The position numbers were made by a program, and so were the translations under genes. The notes beneath the pieces are model-generated. The model made no database searches. It had not been told where the DNA came from and saw nothing but the letters and a program-made list of their open reading frames with translations. 64,000 bases of DNA from the human T2T-CHM13v2.0 reference genome, Homo sapiens, in NCBI RefSeq assembly GCF_009914755.1, contig NC_060933.1. The stretch is one strand, 5' to 3'. Below are positions 61,229 to 64,000 of this stretch, one piece after another. Within the stretch, counting starts at the first letter, position 1. Every line of letters begins with the position of its first letter.

Positions 61229-61266
61229 TGTGTGACAGAGAGAGAGAGAGAGAGTGAGAGTGAGAG
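61196..61266. repeat. (CT)n(GT)n(AG)n compound microsatellite
   Basis: direct read. Confidence 0.92.
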
Positions 61267-62901
61267 GCCTCTAGCCCTGCTAATTGGGTCTGTGACCTTC
61301 TGCTCATGTGTTTGCATAGCTGGCTGCTAAGGGAGTGGGCCCTGGCAGCCTGCCAGGGGGTAGAGCCCAGACAGCTGCCCCTACCCCCTGGGGCCGAGGG
61401 CCCAGCTGGCATCTTGGAGACTTGCTCCTGGGGCTGAGCACAGTTCCTGGCTCTTAGAGGGCTGGGGATGCACTGGCAGCTTCATACGCACGTCCTAATC
61501 ACACCTGGCACACAGTAGGTGCTCTTTACCTGTTTGTGGTTGTTACCGGACGCCCCTACCCCGCCTCCCAGGTGCTTGACTGCAAGCCGCACTCTGCCTT
61601 CAGATTCCTTTGTTCATTCACCCAGGAAACATCTCAGAGCAGAGGTCTGGGCTCGGATGTGGTCCAGGAGTTGGAGAGTCAAAGCTGAGGAAGAGCTCAC
61701 AGACTACTGGTGTGCCTGGTGTGTGTGTGTGTGTGTGCGCGCGTGTGAGACAAAGAGAAAGCTACAACATGGCCGGTCACCGCCAGATCAGGAGACGCAC
61801 AGGGGATTGTGGGCGTGGGAGGGAGGAGAGTGGGTGGTTCGTGGGGGAGGTGTTGGGGTGTCGGAGTGCTGAGATAAGGCCAGGAGGGAGGCCACGCGCT
61901 CTGCTCACTCAGGATGCCAGTGCCTACTGTGGGCCTTTTCCCCAGCCACGCTCCTGGAGATGTTAATAGGCATCATGTTAAGAAAGGAGGACCAGGAGAC
62001 ATGCCCATAGCCTCCAGGCTGGTGCCTGGTGGGCCAGGAGGCTGACTCAGGCCTGTTGGATGCCAGAGCTCTGCCCATGCACCAGGCCGCCATCCAAATG
62101 ATGGGCCCACGCCCCCAGGGCAGCAGTGGGGCTGTGCAGGAGGGAAAGTGCTCTACCCCTGTGTGATCCACAGCTGGGAGCAACTGATCTGCTGAGGCTA
62201 TGCTGAGTCTAGGCTCGAGGAGGGCAAGGCCGTTGAACGTGCACAAGCGGCACGCCAGCTTTTGCCAGAGCATGTGTGTGAGTGTCCAGAGTCCCTTGCA
62301 AAGTGTTCTGAGACCTGGGCTTCGGGCGGGGTTTTCTCACTAAATGCTTCTGGCAGCTTCTTCTGATCTTATTTTAATCTTCTGGGGCTTTGGTGCTGGG
62401 GTCACGCAGTGCAATTCAGAGGATCAGACACTCCAATTCCTAGGCAGCAAGGGTCAGGCATTTGGGGTAGAGACTGTCTACCTAGCTAGCATGGCCTACA
62501 GAAGTTTTCCTTGTCCAGAAGGATTCGGACACATGTTTGAATGCCAGTCACATGTTTCTCTGGGTCCCTCAGAATCAGATGTCCGGGAGTCCAGTTCTGG
62601 TGAGGGTATAAGGTGGTACAATTCTTCAGAAAGTTATATAGCAATATGGAGCAGAAATCTTCTTACAACTGGTTAAGGGTAAAGGCTTTTGGTCTTAACA
62701 AGGCATGTTTGAGGCTCAGGTCTGCTACTAACTAGCTGTGTGACCAAGGGCAGTGACAATCTCTTGAAGTCTCAGCTATTTCTATAAAATAGATCTCATA
62801 AGACCTCCCCCTACATATTTCTTGTGAGGATTCAATGAAATGGTGTATGTAAAGTGCTTAGCACATTCCCAGTTAATGGGAGTTGTCAATAATTCCGTTT
62901 C

Positions 62902-63194
62902 CTTTTTCTTTTTTTTTAGAGTCTCACTCTGTTGCCCAGGCTGGAGGGCAGTGGCATGATCTCTGTTCCCTGCAAACTCTGCCTCCTGGGTTCAAATGAT
63001 TCTCCTGCCTCAGGCTTCCGAGTAGCTGAGATTATAAGTGTGTGCAACCAAGACCGGCTGATTTTTGTATGTTTAGTAGAGACGGAGTTTTGCCATGTTG
63101 GCCAGGCTGGTGTCGAACTCCTGACCTCAAGTGATCCACCCACCTTGGCCTCCCAAAGTACTGGGATACAAGCATGAGCCACCGTGCCCAGCCT
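62902..63194 (-). mobile_element. Alu (S-like)
   Basis: Alu consensus. Confidence 0.9.
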
Positions 63195-64000
63195 AGAATA
63201 AGGATATTTACCCTGGCATTTTTTATATTAATGAAAACCTGGAAAGGATCTAAAGATCCAGTATGAGGGCAATAGTTAGGCAGACCATGAGCATACACAC
63301 AATGAGATCCTCTGCAGTCACAGACAATAGGGGTTACAGAGACACACGGAACAAGTCCACATGCTGGCATATTGCAAGGAAGTTGCAGCTCTATAAAAGA
63401 CATGCAGGATAAAGACTGGGCATGGATCTCCAGGAATGCTAATATGTAGTGGAATGAAAGTAATGGGATTCAGAATGAATTTGTCTCTTTTCCCTAACAT
63501 TCCAGATTGTCTATCAGGCTACCGGGTAATTTTTACAAACCAAAAATTACCTGAAAAGAGCAGATTTTGCACGGATCTGGCCAGAGAAGTGAGCTGGGCA
63601 GCAGCCCTGGGCCCTGGTGGCTGAGTTTGGACCCTTCTTACTTAGTACAGTGGAACTTCAAATAACCAGGATGCAGCCAGTCAAGACCCTCGTGTGACTG
63701 GAGAGTGTTCAGTGTCTCACCCATTAGGAGACAAGGTGTGCAGTCGAAAGCACTTGGCTCTGCATGCAGGTTGTCAGGAGGGGCACCTCAGATCCACAAC
63801 CAGCTGCAAGCCCCTTAACCCTTAAGACTCAGAAGACAGCCCTACATCTGGGCTGTGAAGATTAAACAGGTGGCAGATGCCTGTAATTATCTCCCTCCAT
63901 ACTCTCAGCAACTCTGTGAGGGCCAGTGCCCCAGCCCCTACTGCCACTTCCCAGCAGGGAACAAATGACTAGCTGCCTGGCAGAGAGATGCACCCCGGGA

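Overview
Human genomic DNA, recognised from the encoded proteins as the 9q33.3 CRB2-DENND1A locus. The + strand carries the complete 13-exon CRB2 (Crumbs homolog 2) CDS, 21955-42796. All 12 introns are GT-AG and the spliced length is 3858 nt (1285 aa), with a signal peptide, EGF and laminin-G repeats, a TM helix and a 37-aa tail ending ERLI. The - strand carries the last three coding exons and 3'UTR of DENND1A (connecdenn-1), convergent with CRB2. The rest is intergenic or intronic DNA with Alu, MIR, L2, L1 and hAT remnants, a 1.9-kb TG-rich repeat and a 16-bp VNTR. The main hunt result is an isoform system at CRB2 that the ORF track misses. It has four parts: (i) a 58-nt signal-peptide-like alternative first exon in intron 6, in phase with exon 7; (ii) two routes to a secreted ectodomain; (iii) a NAGNAG acceptor at the TM exon; (iv) a probable 3'UTR intron and distal poly(A) site that push CRB2 about 0.67 kb antisense into the DENND1A 3'UTR. 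Also noted: RFX X-boxes around CRB2, three short local templated copies inside old repeats, and a non-reference-looking CRB2 coding haplotype. Splice coordinates were read by hand. Repeat boundaries and subfamilies are approximate. Comparisons with reference sequences are from memory and need checking.
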